NCBI GenBank assembly: GCA_040752415.1
Contig: JBFMGU010000244.1
Coordinates: 1 to 16,152 of the forward strand
DNA length: 16,152 nucleotides
Direction of reading: 5' to 3'
From: Myxococcota bacterium
GTDB taxonomy: Bacteria; Myxococcota; JACRCW01
The translations under genes and the position numbers were made by a program. This document shows positions 6,864-15,569 of the stretch, in pieces (the stretch's first letter is position 1; each line of letters opens with the position of its first letter). The notes below the pieces were generated by a model that saw nothing but the letters and a program-made list of their open reading frames with translations, made no database searches and had not been told where the DNA came from.

Positions 6864-8822
6864 TCAACCCGCCGCGCGCGGTGAGCGGCGCACGCGCTTC
6901 TCGCCGACGCGCAGGGTGATGCGTGCGTCGTCCAGGTGCTCCAGGAAGGGGATGACGTACTTGCGCGTCTCCCCCATCAGGTCCTTGAACTCCTGCGTGG
7001 TGATGCCGCCCTTCTCGTCGATGAAGGCGAGCGTCCTGGCCACCAGCGCGTCGTACGGCGTGCGCGCGAAGTGCAGGTCATCCTTCACCCGCACCAGCTT
7101 CTGGCTGCTGACCAGCGCCTTGGTGGCGTCGGAGACCGCACCCTCCGAGACGCCCAGCGACGTGGCGAGCTGACCGCGCGAAGGTGGCGCCAGACCCGCT
7201 TCCACGTGCGCGTGTTCCACCTTGGACAACAGCTCCGGGCTCACGCCCTTGGGGCGGTGGGAGGCCAGTCGCACCCCGTCGCCCTCGACGACGACCGCGT
7301 TGCTCTTCAGCACGCCGAGAAGCGCGGAGAAGCGCGCGCGCTCCAGCACCTGGCCGTCCACCTTCAGCGTCGTGCGCATCTCCTCCAGCGGGGCATGCGG
7401 CTCCAGCGGATGATCCTGGTGGTAGCGCGTGAGCGCGGCCTGCAGTCGCGTGGTGAATTCCGCGAGGCGGTCGGGGTGCCAGAGGACTTCGGTCTCGCCC
7501 AGGCGGGCGCGACGGAGCTGGGCGCGCCCCACCGCGTCGTCCACCGCCTTCTTCACGTCCTTCCAGGGCAGCCGTCGACGAAGCTGCGCGAGGTCCGCGC
7601 CGAGGGCGCCCGTGTCCCAGACCGCCTGCCCAAGTCGCTGCGGCAGCCCGCCGGAACGCAACGCCTCCAACGCGCTGGCGGTGTCGGGCCGGCCGCGGCG
7701 ACGACGGGGAGGATGCGGATCCAGGATCTCCCCGCCCCCAAACGTCGCCCCCTGCCCGGGCAGACGACGATGTCCGCGCAGGATGAACCGCTGCCCAGGA
7801 CGACACACCATCTCGCCCTCGAGAATCAGCTGCACCACCGACGTGGTTCCCGGCTCCAGCCCCGGTGATTCGCCGGCAGGCTCGTAGACCAGACGCAGAC
7901 GCGCTGGCACCGCGGCGGCGCCCACGTGCACCATCACGGAAGCGTGGTCGCGCAGGCGCGGCGCTTCAGCGAGCGTGCGCAGTTGCACGTCGACACGTCG
8001 GGTGGGCACCAGCGCTCCCGTCGGGCAGAGCACCGCGCCGCGCGGCACGTCCGTCACCGCCACGCCCGGCAGGTTCACCGCGGTGCGCCATCCCGGCTGC
8101 GCCTGCGTCACCGTCTTGCCATGGCTCTGCAGCCCGCGGGCACGCACGCCCTTGGGGCCGGGATGCACGTCCACCTCGTCGTCGACCTTGAGGGATCCAC
8201 CGGAGAGCGTCCCGGTGACGACGGTGCCAAACCCCTTCACGCTGAAGACGCGGTCCACCGGCAAGAAGGGCACTCCGTCGACGGGACGGGGCGGGAGGGC
8301 CTTCACCGCCTTCAGGAGCTCCGCGCGCAGCGTCGGGAGCCCCACCCCGGTCTGTGCTGACACCGGCACCACCGGCACCTCTCCCAGCCCCGCGCCCTGC
8401 AGCTGCGCGCGCACCTCCTCGGCGGCCAGCTCGACGAGCTCCGGCTCCACGCGGTCCACCTTGGAGAGCGCCACCACCATCCCGCGCACGCCCAGCAGGC
8501 TGGCAATGGCCACGTGCTCCCGCGTCTGCGGCATCACGCCTTCATCCGCGGCCACCACGAGCAGCAGGAGATCCAGGCCCCACGCGCCGGCCACCATGGT
8601 GTGCACCAGGCGCTCGTGCCCGGGCACGTCGATCACGCTGGCGGTGACGCCTGAGCCGAGATCCCAGGAGGCGAACCCCAGCTCGATGGTGATGCCGCGG
8701 CGTTTCTCCTCAGGGAGGCGGTCGGTGTTGGCGCCGGTGAGGGCCTTCACCAGCGTGCTCTTGCCGTGGTCGATGTGGCCTGCGGTTCCAATGGCGACGT
8801 GCATGGTAGGTGCGTCCTGCAT
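6864..8822 (-). CDS. selB: Selenocysteine-specific translation elongation factor SelB
   Basis: IGTAGHIDHGKS, DRLPEEKRRGITIELGF, IDVPGHE, VAADEGVMPQTREH, VDRVFSVKGFGTVVTGT, RTAVNL; C-terminal winged helix TRKYVIPFLEHLD...TLRVGEKR; start at ATG 8822 or 8804. Confidence 0.95.
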   Translation of the reverse strand: MQDAPTMHVAIGTAGHIDHGKSTLVKALTGANTDRLPEEKRRGITIELGFASWDLGSGVTASVIDVPGHERLVHTMVAGAWGLDLLLLVVAADEGVMPQTREHVAIASLLGVRGMVVALSKVDRVEPELVELAAEEVRAQLQGAGLGEVPVVPVSAQTGVGLPTLRAELLKAVKALPPRPVDGVPFLPVDRVFSVKGFGTVVTGTLSGGSLKVDDEVDVHPGPKGVRARGLQSHGKTVTQAQPGWRTAVNLPGVAVTDVPRGAVLCPTGALVPTRRVDVQLRTLAEAPRLRDHASVMVHVGAAAVPARLRLVYEPAGESPGLEPGTTSVVQLILEGEMVCRPGQRFILRGHRRLPGQGATFGGGEILDPHPPRRRRGRPDTASALEALRSGGLPQRLGQAVWDTGALGADLAQLRRRLPWKDVKKAVDDAVGRAQLRRARLGETEVLWHPDRLAEFTTRLQAALTRYHQDHPLEPHAPLEEMRTTLKVDGQVLERARFSALLGVLKSNAVVVEGDGVRLASHRPKGVSPELLSKVEHAHVEAGLAPPSRGQLATSLGVSEGAVSDATKALVSSQKLVRVKDDLHFARTPYDALVARTLAFIDEKGGITTQEFKDLMGETRKYVIPFLEHLDDARITLRVGEKRVRRSPRAAG

Positions 8823-8937
8823 ACTCCCCCACCCGTGGCGCCGTCCTCCTGCCCGCGGTCCGGGTGGCGGTGGCTGGGATGGGACGGAAAGCCGACGCGC
8901 GACCGCCGGCACCCTTGGTCTATGATGCCGCCGCCCC

Positions 8938-10374
8938 ATGTCCGTCCAGCGCTACGAATGCCCCCGCTGCCAGAGCGTCTTCGTCCCCGCGGAAGCGGTG
9001 AGCGAGGGCGCCTTTGCGCGTTGTCCCTCGTGCGGGGGCGTGGCGGTGCCCGCAAGCAAGCCGCCGGGCCCCAGCCGCGAGCGCCTGCTGCACAACGAGG
9101 GTGACGGGTCGAGCATCACGGGGGCCTCCGACCCGCCGGAGCGCAGCGCGCCCGACTTCACCGCGCCCCCGCCCGCGCCTCCGCCCGCGACGATGTGGCC
9201 GCAGGACGCCACCATGCCCACGAGCAGCGGCCTGTTCGCCGCGCTGCTCAGCGGGAGCCCCGACCTGGAGCTGAGCGGCCCGGCGCTCTCGGCTCCGCCC
9301 CCGTCGACACCGCCGCCCGCCGCGACGGAGGAGGCCCCGCCGGAATCCGCGCCGGAAGCGCCGGGCGGCGGCCTGTTCGCCTCGCTCATCTCCGGCACCC
9401 CCGACCTGGTCCCCAGCGCCGCACCGCGCGCGAAGGTGGGCGGAGGCGCCGCGGAGCTGGGGATCCACGACGAGGAACGCAGCGGCGACGACCCCGACCG
9501 CACCACGACGTACGGCACCGGCGACGAGGCCACCCACGCCGCGACTTCCGAGCTGACCCTGCCGCCAAATTCCCAGGAGTTCCTGCTGCCGCCGGTGACC
9601 GGCACCGCGGAGCTGATCAGCACGTACCACGGCGAGCCAACGATGGACGGGGAGCTGCCCCGCCCGCCCCCGTCGGCGGCGCCCACGGGCGAGGCACCCG
9701 CACCGGAGGAGTCTCCGTACCTGGACAAGGAGACCTTCAACGACGACGAGTTCGCCTCACTGCTCGGCGGCTCCTTCAACACCGCGCCGGTGCCCGAGGA
9801 GACGGTGCGCGCGCCCGTCGTCGACGGCTGGGTGGTGAACGCGCCGGGCAAGCCTCCGCCGCTCAAGAAGCCCGTCGAGGCACCCGCGCCGCCACCCGCC
9901 AAGCCCAAGACCGACAACGCGGCGAGCCTGCTGGCCGGGTTGGCGCCGATTCCGTCGGTGGCGTCGTTGGGACCGGCGCCGAAGCTGGGCAGCGGAATCA
10001 CGCCGCTCCGCGTGGCCGCGGTGCTGGTGAGCGCGCTGCTGCTGGGAACACTCAGCGGCGTGGGCCTGGCGCCGCCTCCGCCCACCCCCGCCTCGACGGG
10101 ACCAGAGGGCGCGCGGGTACGGCTGGCGGAAGCGCGTCGCCTGCTGGCGAGCGGGCAGGACAAGGAAGCCGTCCAGGTGCTGCACGCGGCGCTGGCGTTG
10201 GATGACAAGCTGGCCGAGGCCATGCGCGACCTGGGCGTGGCCTACGCGCGACAGGAGAAGTACGAGGAGGCGGCGCGCGCGTACGAGGCGTACCTGGAGA
10301 TGTCGCCCAAGGCTCCCGACGCCATCGAGATGCGCACCAGCATCGAGCGCTACAAGAAGGGCGGCCCCCGGTGA
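8938..10374 (+). CDS. Zinc-ribbon / Pro-rich linker / transmembrane / C-terminal TPR protein
   Basis: N-terminal CPRC...CPSC; long Pro/Ala/Glu-rich region; hydrophobic VAAVLVSALLLGTLSGVGL; TPR AMRDLGVAYARQEKYEEAARAYEAYLEMSP. Confidence 0.85.
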   Translation: MSVQRYECPRCQSVFVPAEAVSEGAFARCPSCGGVAVPASKPPGPSRERLLHNEGDGSSITGASDPPERSAPDFTAPPPAPPPATMWPQDATMPTSSGLFAALLSGSPDLELSGPALSAPPPSTPPPAATEEAPPESAPEAPGGGLFASLISGTPDLVPSAAPRAKVGGGAAELGIHDEERSGDDPDRTTTYGTGDEATHAATSELTLPPNSQEFLLPPVTGTAELISTYHGEPTMDGELPRPPPSAAPTGEAPAPEESPYLDKETFNDDEFASLLGGSFNTAPVPEETVRAPVVDGWVVNAPGKPPPLKKPVEAPAPPPAKPKTDNAASLLAGLAPIPSVASLGPAPKLGSGITPLRVAAVLVSALLLGTLSGVGLAPPPPTPASTGPEGARVRLAEARRLLASGQDKEAVQVLHAALALDDKLAEAMRDLGVAYARQEKYEEAARAYEAYLEMSPKAPDAIEMRTSIERYKKGGPR

Positions 10375-11288
10375 CAACGGGAGTGGCCGCGCGGACGGTG
10401 GCCACGGTGCTGCTGGCCGCCGCGCTCTGCCCGTTACCGGCATGGGCGCAGGCGGAGGAGCCACCACCACTCCCGCCGCCGCTCCCCGACGAGGAGATGG
10501 CGCCGGAGCCCACGCCGTCCTTCCCTCCCGCGCCTCCGCCCACGCACCCGCGCCCCGCGCCCACCCCCACCGACGACGAGCCGGAAGCGCGCGCGTTGGG
10601 ACTGCATCCCGCGTCGCTGGTGGGTGGCGCGGCGGGGTTGTGGGTGGCCGCGTTGGGCTGCCTACCGCTGAGTGGCCTGGCCTGCGCGCTGGGGACGGGG
10701 CCGGTGCTGGGCTACAGCCAGGGTGGCGACACGAACCTGCTCTACGTGGGCTGCTTTGGCGGCGCGGGCCTGGCGGCGGCGGCGCTGCTGGGGATGGCGG
10801 TGCCGGTGGGCATCTCCGTCATCCTCACCTCCGTCAACGACATGCTGCTGGGCGGGCGCTCCAAGCTGTTCTGGGTGCTGGGCGCGGCGTACGCGGCGGT
10901 GTGGACCCTGGGCGTGGCGACGGCACTGCCGCTGATCGCCGGGATCCTGTTCAACACGCTGGTGGTGGTTCCCTGGCTGTACGAGCGGCAGCTGGCGCGC
11001 CAGAAGGCTCGACAGACCGGGGTGGACAGCGAGACGGCGGCCGCCGCCGGGGCGAGCCTGCTGGTGGCCACGCTGGGCACGGGCGTGCTGACGGTGCTGG
11101 CGCTCTCCCTGGTGATGCTGGCGCCACTGGCCCTGGACGTGATCACGCGGGCACCGGAGCCGGAGCTGGAGGCGGAGACGTACGAGGTCATTCCGCCGGA
11201 GGAAGGCCGGCCGCGGACGTGGCGGAAGAAGCGGGTCATCCGGCCCGGCGAGCCCACCACCAGCCCGCAGGACGCCGTGACGTTCTGA
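10371..11288 (+). CDS. Multi-pass membrane protein with signal peptide and Pro-rich N-terminus, function unknown
   Basis: GTG start overlaps the previous TGA (GTGA coupling); signal ...LCPLPAWA-Q; about 4-5 hydrophobic segments. Confidence 0.75.
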   Translation: MTTGVAARTVATVLLAAALCPLPAWAQAEEPPPLPPPLPDEEMAPEPTPSFPPAPPPTHPRPAPTPTDDEPEARALGLHPASLVGGAAGLWVAALGCLPLSGLACALGTGPVLGYSQGGDTNLLYVGCFGGAGLAAAALLGMAVPVGISVILTSVNDMLLGGRSKLFWVLGAAYAAVWTLGVATALPLIAGILFNTLVVVPWLYERQLARQKARQTGVDSETAAAAGASLLVATLGTGVLTVLALSLVMLAPLALDVITRAPEPELEAETYEVIPPEEGRPRTWRKKRVIRPGEPTTSPQDAVTF

Positions 11289-11327
11289 CCGGCCGCCGCG
11301 GAAATCCCGCGCCAACCGGGCGGGCGC

Positions 11328-11531
11328 TCAGTGCTGCAGCGCCAGGATTGCCGCCTCCGTGGGCCGGGGCGGGGCCACGCCGGTCTTGCCCGCCACCTTC
11401 CTCCGCGCCGCCTGACGACGACGCAGCACACACAACGCGTGGATGAAACGCTCTGAGACCAGGGACTTGGGCGACGCCTCCCCCTCCTGCTCTTCCTCTC
11501 CGGGCAACGGCCCGGTTCGCTCCGTGGCCAT
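11328..11531 (-). CDS. Small hypothetical protein, 67 aa (MATERTGPLPGEEEQEGEASPKSLVSERFIHALCVLRRRQAARRKVAGK...)
   Basis: ATG 11531 with GGGAGGA RBS; fills the gap between neighbouring genes without overlap; preceded by a sigma54 consensus promoter. Confidence 0.65.
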   Translation of the reverse strand: MATERTGPLPGEEEQEGEASPKSLVSERFIHALCVLRRRQAARRKVAGKTGVAPPRPTEAAILALQH

Positions 11532-11558
11532 GGCTTCCTCCCTTTCCGCTCCAGACCC

Positions 11559-11575
11559 AGCAACCCCTGTGCCAG
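11559..11575 (-). promoter_or_regulatory. Sigma54 (RpoN) -24/-12 promoter
   Basis: Minus strand CTGGCACAGGGGTTGCT versus consensus YTGGCACGRNNNTTGCW, with correct GG-N10-GC spacing. Confidence 0.8.
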
Positions 11576-11654
11576 GGAAATCCCGGGCCTCCGAAAGGTG
11601 GCCGGTGTCCGTGGAGGCGGACACGGCGACTGAAGCGCAATAGAATCCCGCGCC

Positions 11655-12752
11655 ATGGCACGCCCAACCGAGCCGCTTGTGGGCTTTGGCCCGTCCGTGC
11701 ACCAGCGCGTGCGCAAATTCACCGGAGACGCTCCCATCCGCGCCCCCCGACGAGAGATGCCGATGGGGGCACGTCGTGAGGCGCTGGCCGCGGCGCGCAA
11801 GATCCGTCTGAGCCCGTTGTTGTCCCGTCCCGACCTGGATGCGTTGGAGCGCGGCCTGGAGCTGCTGGACGAGCTGTGCGGTCCGCTGCCGCCGACGAAG
11901 ACGCTGGATCAGCCGCTGTGGGGCCCGGCTGAGCTCAAGGAGCTCACCGAGCTGCTGCCCGAGCTGAACAAGCTGGTGGTGACGCGCGACCCGCTGTTCG
12001 TGCACCACCTGGCGGAGTGGCGCAAGGAGAAGCGCCCGCACAGCGAGATGGCGCTGCGGCTGCGCATTGGCTTTGCGTGCGGGTACCTGCCGGTGGACCC
12101 GCAGCCCAAGGACGCGAGCACGGTGCCGTGGGAGGTGCGCGACCTGCAGGTGGTGGAGCCGGTGGCCGCGGCCCTTCCGGCGCAGCTCAAGAAGCTGGGC
12201 AACCTGCGCACGCTGCGACTGGCGCCGCTGGCTCCGGAGGTGAAGGAGCTGCAGGAGGTGAAGGAGGAGTGGCGTCGGACGGCGGACCGCGACAAGGCCA
12301 ACATCACCGCGCGCATGGCCAAGGTGAAGGGCATGTTGCGGGTGCGCCTGCTCGCGGAACCGCTGCCCGCGGCGCTGGGCACCGACGAGGTGCGCGGCAT
12401 CCATGTGCCGGGCGAGCTGCTGGCCATCAGCAAGCTGCGCGGTCTGCGGGGCGTGGCGGCGCTGGGCATCCTTTACGCGCTGTCCGAGGAGCACTACCGC
12501 CAGGACGAGCGCGAGCGTGCACTGTTCGACCAGAAGCTGGAACGCGCGATGCGGCGGGAGCGCATGGCGGACGATCCCGCGCGGGCCTACGCGCTGGCGG
12601 TGACGGCGTTTGCGGTGGCGCCCTCGCTGGTGGAGGAGAAGTGGCCCAAGACGCACACGCACATGCTGGACCGGTTTGATACATCCCTGGCGGCTTTTGA
12701 CGGTGGAGCGCTGCTCCGCCCCGCCATGGAGAGCCTCCTGGCGCTGCGCTGA
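11655..12752 (+). CDS. Hypothetical protein, 365 aa (helical, no recognised family)
   Basis: Long ORF with strongly GC-rich third positions; TAGAAT -10 element 8 nt before the ATG; alternative starts near 11757. Confidence 0.8.
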   Translation: MARPTEPLVGFGPSVHQRVRKFTGDAPIRAPRREMPMGARREALAAARKIRLSPLLSRPDLDALERGLELLDELCGPLPPTKTLDQPLWGPAELKELTELLPELNKLVVTRDPLFVHHLAEWRKEKRPHSEMALRLRIGFACGYLPVDPQPKDASTVPWEVRDLQVVEPVAAALPAQLKKLGNLRTLRLAPLAPEVKELQEVKEEWRRTADRDKANITARMAKVKGMLRVRLLAEPLPAALGTDEVRGIHVPGELLAISKLRGLRGVAALGILYALSEEHYRQDERERALFDQKLERAMRRERMADDPARAYALAVTAFAVAPSLVEEKWPKTHTHMLDRFDTSLAAFDGGALLRPAMESLLALR

Positions 12753-12757
12753 CGGAG

Positions 12758-13483
12758 ATGTCCTCGTGCCCAGGAGAGGGGACGAGCCGTTTCAACAATC
12801 CCTTCGTGCGGCCGGAGGTCCGGGCGCGGCTGAAGCACCACGTCACGACGCAAGCGCCAAAGCCCGCGCCCGCGCGGCCGGCGGTGCGCCCTGCCCCCAC
12901 GGAGCACGGACCCGGGGACGACGCGCGACTGTGGCTGGAAGCCGTGCGCGGTGCCACGCCGATGGCGGTGCTGCACCCGGGCAAGCGGCCCGTGCTGCCA
13001 ATGCGCGTGGACCTGGAGCGCCCGGAGGTCGACCCCGACGACGAGGCGTTCGAGGAGCTGTGCCGCTTCGTGCGCGGGGAGGGCGTGTTTGACCTGGCGG
13101 ACCAGGACGAGTTCGTGGAGGGAGCGCGCGCGGGATTGGACCCGCGGGTGATGGCGCGGCTGCGCGCGGGTGAGTTCAGTGTGCAGGGTTACGTGGACCT
13201 GCATGGGCGCGTGGTCGACGAGGCGTACGACGAGCTGCGTGGGTTTCTCCGTCGGGCCAGGCTGGAGGCGCGTCGCTGCGTCCTGGTGGTGCACGGGCGC
13301 GGGCGGCACAGCAAGGACCGCATTCCGGTGCTCAAGGAGAAGGTGGTCCAGTGGCTCAGCCGCGGAGCGATGAGCCGACAGGTGCTCGCGTTCTGCACCG
13401 CCAGGTCCCACGACGGGGGAGCGGGCGCCATGTACGTGTTGCTGCGGAGGAAGGGAGAGGAGCTTGCGGTGGGGAACCGGTGA
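12758..13483 (+). CDS. Smr/MutS2 C-terminal domain protein (SmrA/SmrB-like endonuclease)
   Basis: LRAGEFSVQGYVDLHG, VLVVHGRGRHS, VLKEKVVQWL, VLAFCTARSHDGGAGAMYVLLR are hallmark Smr motifs. Confidence 0.9.
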   Translation: MSSCPGEGTSRFNNPFVRPEVRARLKHHVTTQAPKPAPARPAVRPAPTEHGPGDDARLWLEAVRGATPMAVLHPGKRPVLPMRVDLERPEVDPDDEAFEELCRFVRGEGVFDLADQDEFVEGARAGLDPRVMARLRAGEFSVQGYVDLHGRVVDEAYDELRGFLRRARLEARRCVLVVHGRGRHSKDRIPVLKEKVVQWLSRGAMSRQVLAFCTARSHDGGAGAMYVLLRRKGEELAVGNR

Positions 13484-13528
13484 CGGGCACGGACGGGTGC
13501 GCAGCGTGACGACGGAGAACGCGGAACG

Positions 13529-14344
13529 TCAGTGCTTGTCCTTGTGCTTGCCGAGGTGGGGTCCGGCGCCGTCCCAGGTCTGCGTGGTGTAGCCCTGCGG
13601 GACGTCGAACAACGCCTCCGAAACCGGCACGCTCTCCACCCTGGTCACGCGCTCCTCCACCTTGAGTTGACCGCTGCGCTGATCCACCACCGCCATCTCC
13701 ACGGGAATTCCGTCGAGGAAGGCGCGGGTGAAGCCTCCGTCGTCGCCGCTGACGCCGGCATCCGCCATGTCCTTGGCCAGTTTCTGCAGCATGTGCCGGT
13801 CGCCCTCGGAGAGCTTGACGCCGCGGTGCACGCAGCTGGTGCCCACCCACTCGTCATTGAGCGTCTCCTTGACCTCTTCACACGCAAAGCCATTCACCGT
13901 GCGCTTCTTGCCCGTGGCGGTGCGCTTGTACGCGCCCTTCTGCCGCGCCGCCTGCGCCCGACGCTGCAGCCGGATGGCGTCCTCCACCTGCGCGCGCACG
14001 TTGGGCGGCATGGAGGACAGCTCCTTCTGCGCACGCGCCACCGCCTCGTCCGCCTCCTTGCGCGCGATCTCCGTCATCTCCCCCAGCTGCTTGAACGTGA
14101 TCACCCGCGCCGTCTTCTTGCGGTGATCCACCTCGATCATCAGGCCGTTGCGTGCGTCCAGGATGTGGCTCTCGCCCTCCGAATCCACGCGGATGCCGCG
14201 CGGGCTGATGTACACCTTCCGCTCCCGCTCACCCTGGCTGGCGCCGGTGCGGTCCTTCACCACCTCCGTCCCGGTGACGACGAGATCCGCCCGCGCACTG
14301 CCCACCGCGAGCAACATTCCCAAGACTCCCACGTAGCGCTTCAT
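13529..14344 (-). CDS. Secreted/periplasmic protein, DUF4412-like, 271 aa
   Basis: Likely start ATG 14344 (signal peptide MKRYVGVLGMLLAVGSARA-D); motifs TGKKRTVNGFACEE and LFDVPQGY are typical of DUF4412-like proteins. Confidence 0.75.
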   Translation of the reverse strand: MKRYVGVLGMLLAVGSARADLVVTGTEVVKDRTGASQGERERKVYISPRGIRVDSEGESHILDARNGLMIEVDHRKKTARVITFKQLGEMTEIARKEADEAVARAQKELSSMPPNVRAQVEDAIRLQRRAQAARQKGAYKRTATGKKRTVNGFACEEVKETLNDEWVGTSCVHRGVKLSEGDRHMLQKLAKDMADAGVSGDDGGFTRAFLDGIPVEMAVVDQRSGQLKVEERVTRVESVPVSEALFDVPQGYTTQTWDGAGPHLGKHKDKH

Positions 14345-14825
14345 GACCCCGCACCATGGCAAGGCGGGCGAGCCCGTGCAAACTCCTCCGCGGCCTGGTT
14401 CCGTCGGACGCGGAGGCACGGACCGTCCGGACGTGGGCGTTGCTCGCTTGCTGCGATCCCACGCGTGCGTTGCTACACCACACCACGGAGCCCGGCCTTG
14501 GCTCCTTGCCTTCCCTGAAGCTCCTGCATGCCGCCGACGAGAAACAGCCGGCTGCGTGCAGGGGCTTCGCCTTTTCCGCCGTCGAGCGTGCGCGATCCAC
14601 GCGCGTGACGACGCCCGCGCGCGAACGAGGCTGCGCTGACGGGAGGCCCCACGCCCGGCCCTGTCCGCGACGGAGCACACCCTCCCGGGTTCCGGGATGA
14701 CCGGCACACCTGTGCGCGCCGTGACGTCGGGGTTTCCGCGCTCCCCGGCCTGCGCGCGGTCCCCCCGTCGGCGAGATCCCGGTGGAAGCGGTTGCGCACG
14801 TGACGCGCCGCCGACGGGAGGAACC

Positions 14826-15404
14826 ATGCTCGCTGCCTTGGCCGACTGTTGGTCCTTGTTCGTCATCCGTGGGGTGCTGGCAATCCTGGCAGGTGCCCTC
14901 GCCATTGCCTGGCCGGGCCTCACCCTGTTGATGCTGGCTGCGTTGTTCGCCGTGATGTCGTTCGCCGACGGGATTGCATCCTTGTGGCTGGGGCTGAGCC
15001 ACCACAACGCGGGCGGAAAGGCCTGGCCCTACGTGATCACCGGCATCCTCGGCCTTGCCGCGGGCATTGCGGCGGTGGCGTTCCCGGGTGTCACGTTGCT
15101 GGCGCTGCTCTACCTGGTGGCCGGCTGGTCGATTGCGCGCGGGATCCTTGACGTGGTGGGAGCCATCAAGCTGCGCAAGCTGGTCCACGACGAGTGGGCC
15201 ATGGGCGTGGCCGGCGTCCTCTCGGTGGTGTTTGGCGTGCTGCTGGTGGCGTGGCCCGCGGCGGGCCTGCTGACCCTGGCGTGGATGGTGGCCGCGTTCG
15301 CCATTGCGTTTGGCGTGGTGTCACTGAACCTGGGGCTGCGTCTGCGCAGGCTGCGCCGCGAGACCGGCGTGCCGCGCGGCACCGCACGTCCCGCGATGGC
15401 CTGA
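14826..15404 (+). CDS. hdeD: HdeD/DUF308-family membrane protein, 192 aa
   Basis: ATG 14826 after GGGAGGA; WSLFVIRGVLAILAGALAIAWPG and duplicated ..GVLSVVFGVLLVAWP pattern; about six TM segments. Confidence 0.85.
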   Translation: MLAALADCWSLFVIRGVLAILAGALAIAWPGLTLLMLAALFAVMSFADGIASLWLGLSHHNAGGKAWPYVITGILGLAAGIAAVAFPGVTLLALLYLVAGWSIARGILDVVGAIKLRKLVHDEWAMGVAGVLSVVFGVLLVAWPAAGLLTLAWMVAAFAIAFGVVSLNLGLRLRRLRRETGVPRGTARPAMA

Positions 15405-15569
15405 ACGACGGAGCCGGTTCTCGTCGCCACTCCGATGCGTCGCGGCAAAACGCGGCACGCCCCACCCCACGTGGCACGTCGCCACGACGGAGAAACGGGT
15501 GTCATCCGCGCTCCGCCGTGATACGGATGCCACACCTGTGAGTGCGAAGCGGCCTTCAAGGGTGGTGCA

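Noticed and set aside
11532..12662. Upstream 377 codons of the 444-aa minus ORF 11328-12662
   Set aside because: Antisense shadow of 11655-12752; only the last 67 codons have their own promoter and RBS
12750..12760. UGA read-through fusing the 365-aa protein to the Smr protein
   Set aside because: The two ORFs are in different frames and no SECIS-like element is evident
15405..15569. tRNA-Sec, sigma54 site or terminator in the hdeD-response regulator gap
   Set aside because: No cloverleaf or TTC-containing T-arm seen; TGGCAC lacks a correctly spaced TTGC; short GC inverted repeats lack a U-tract
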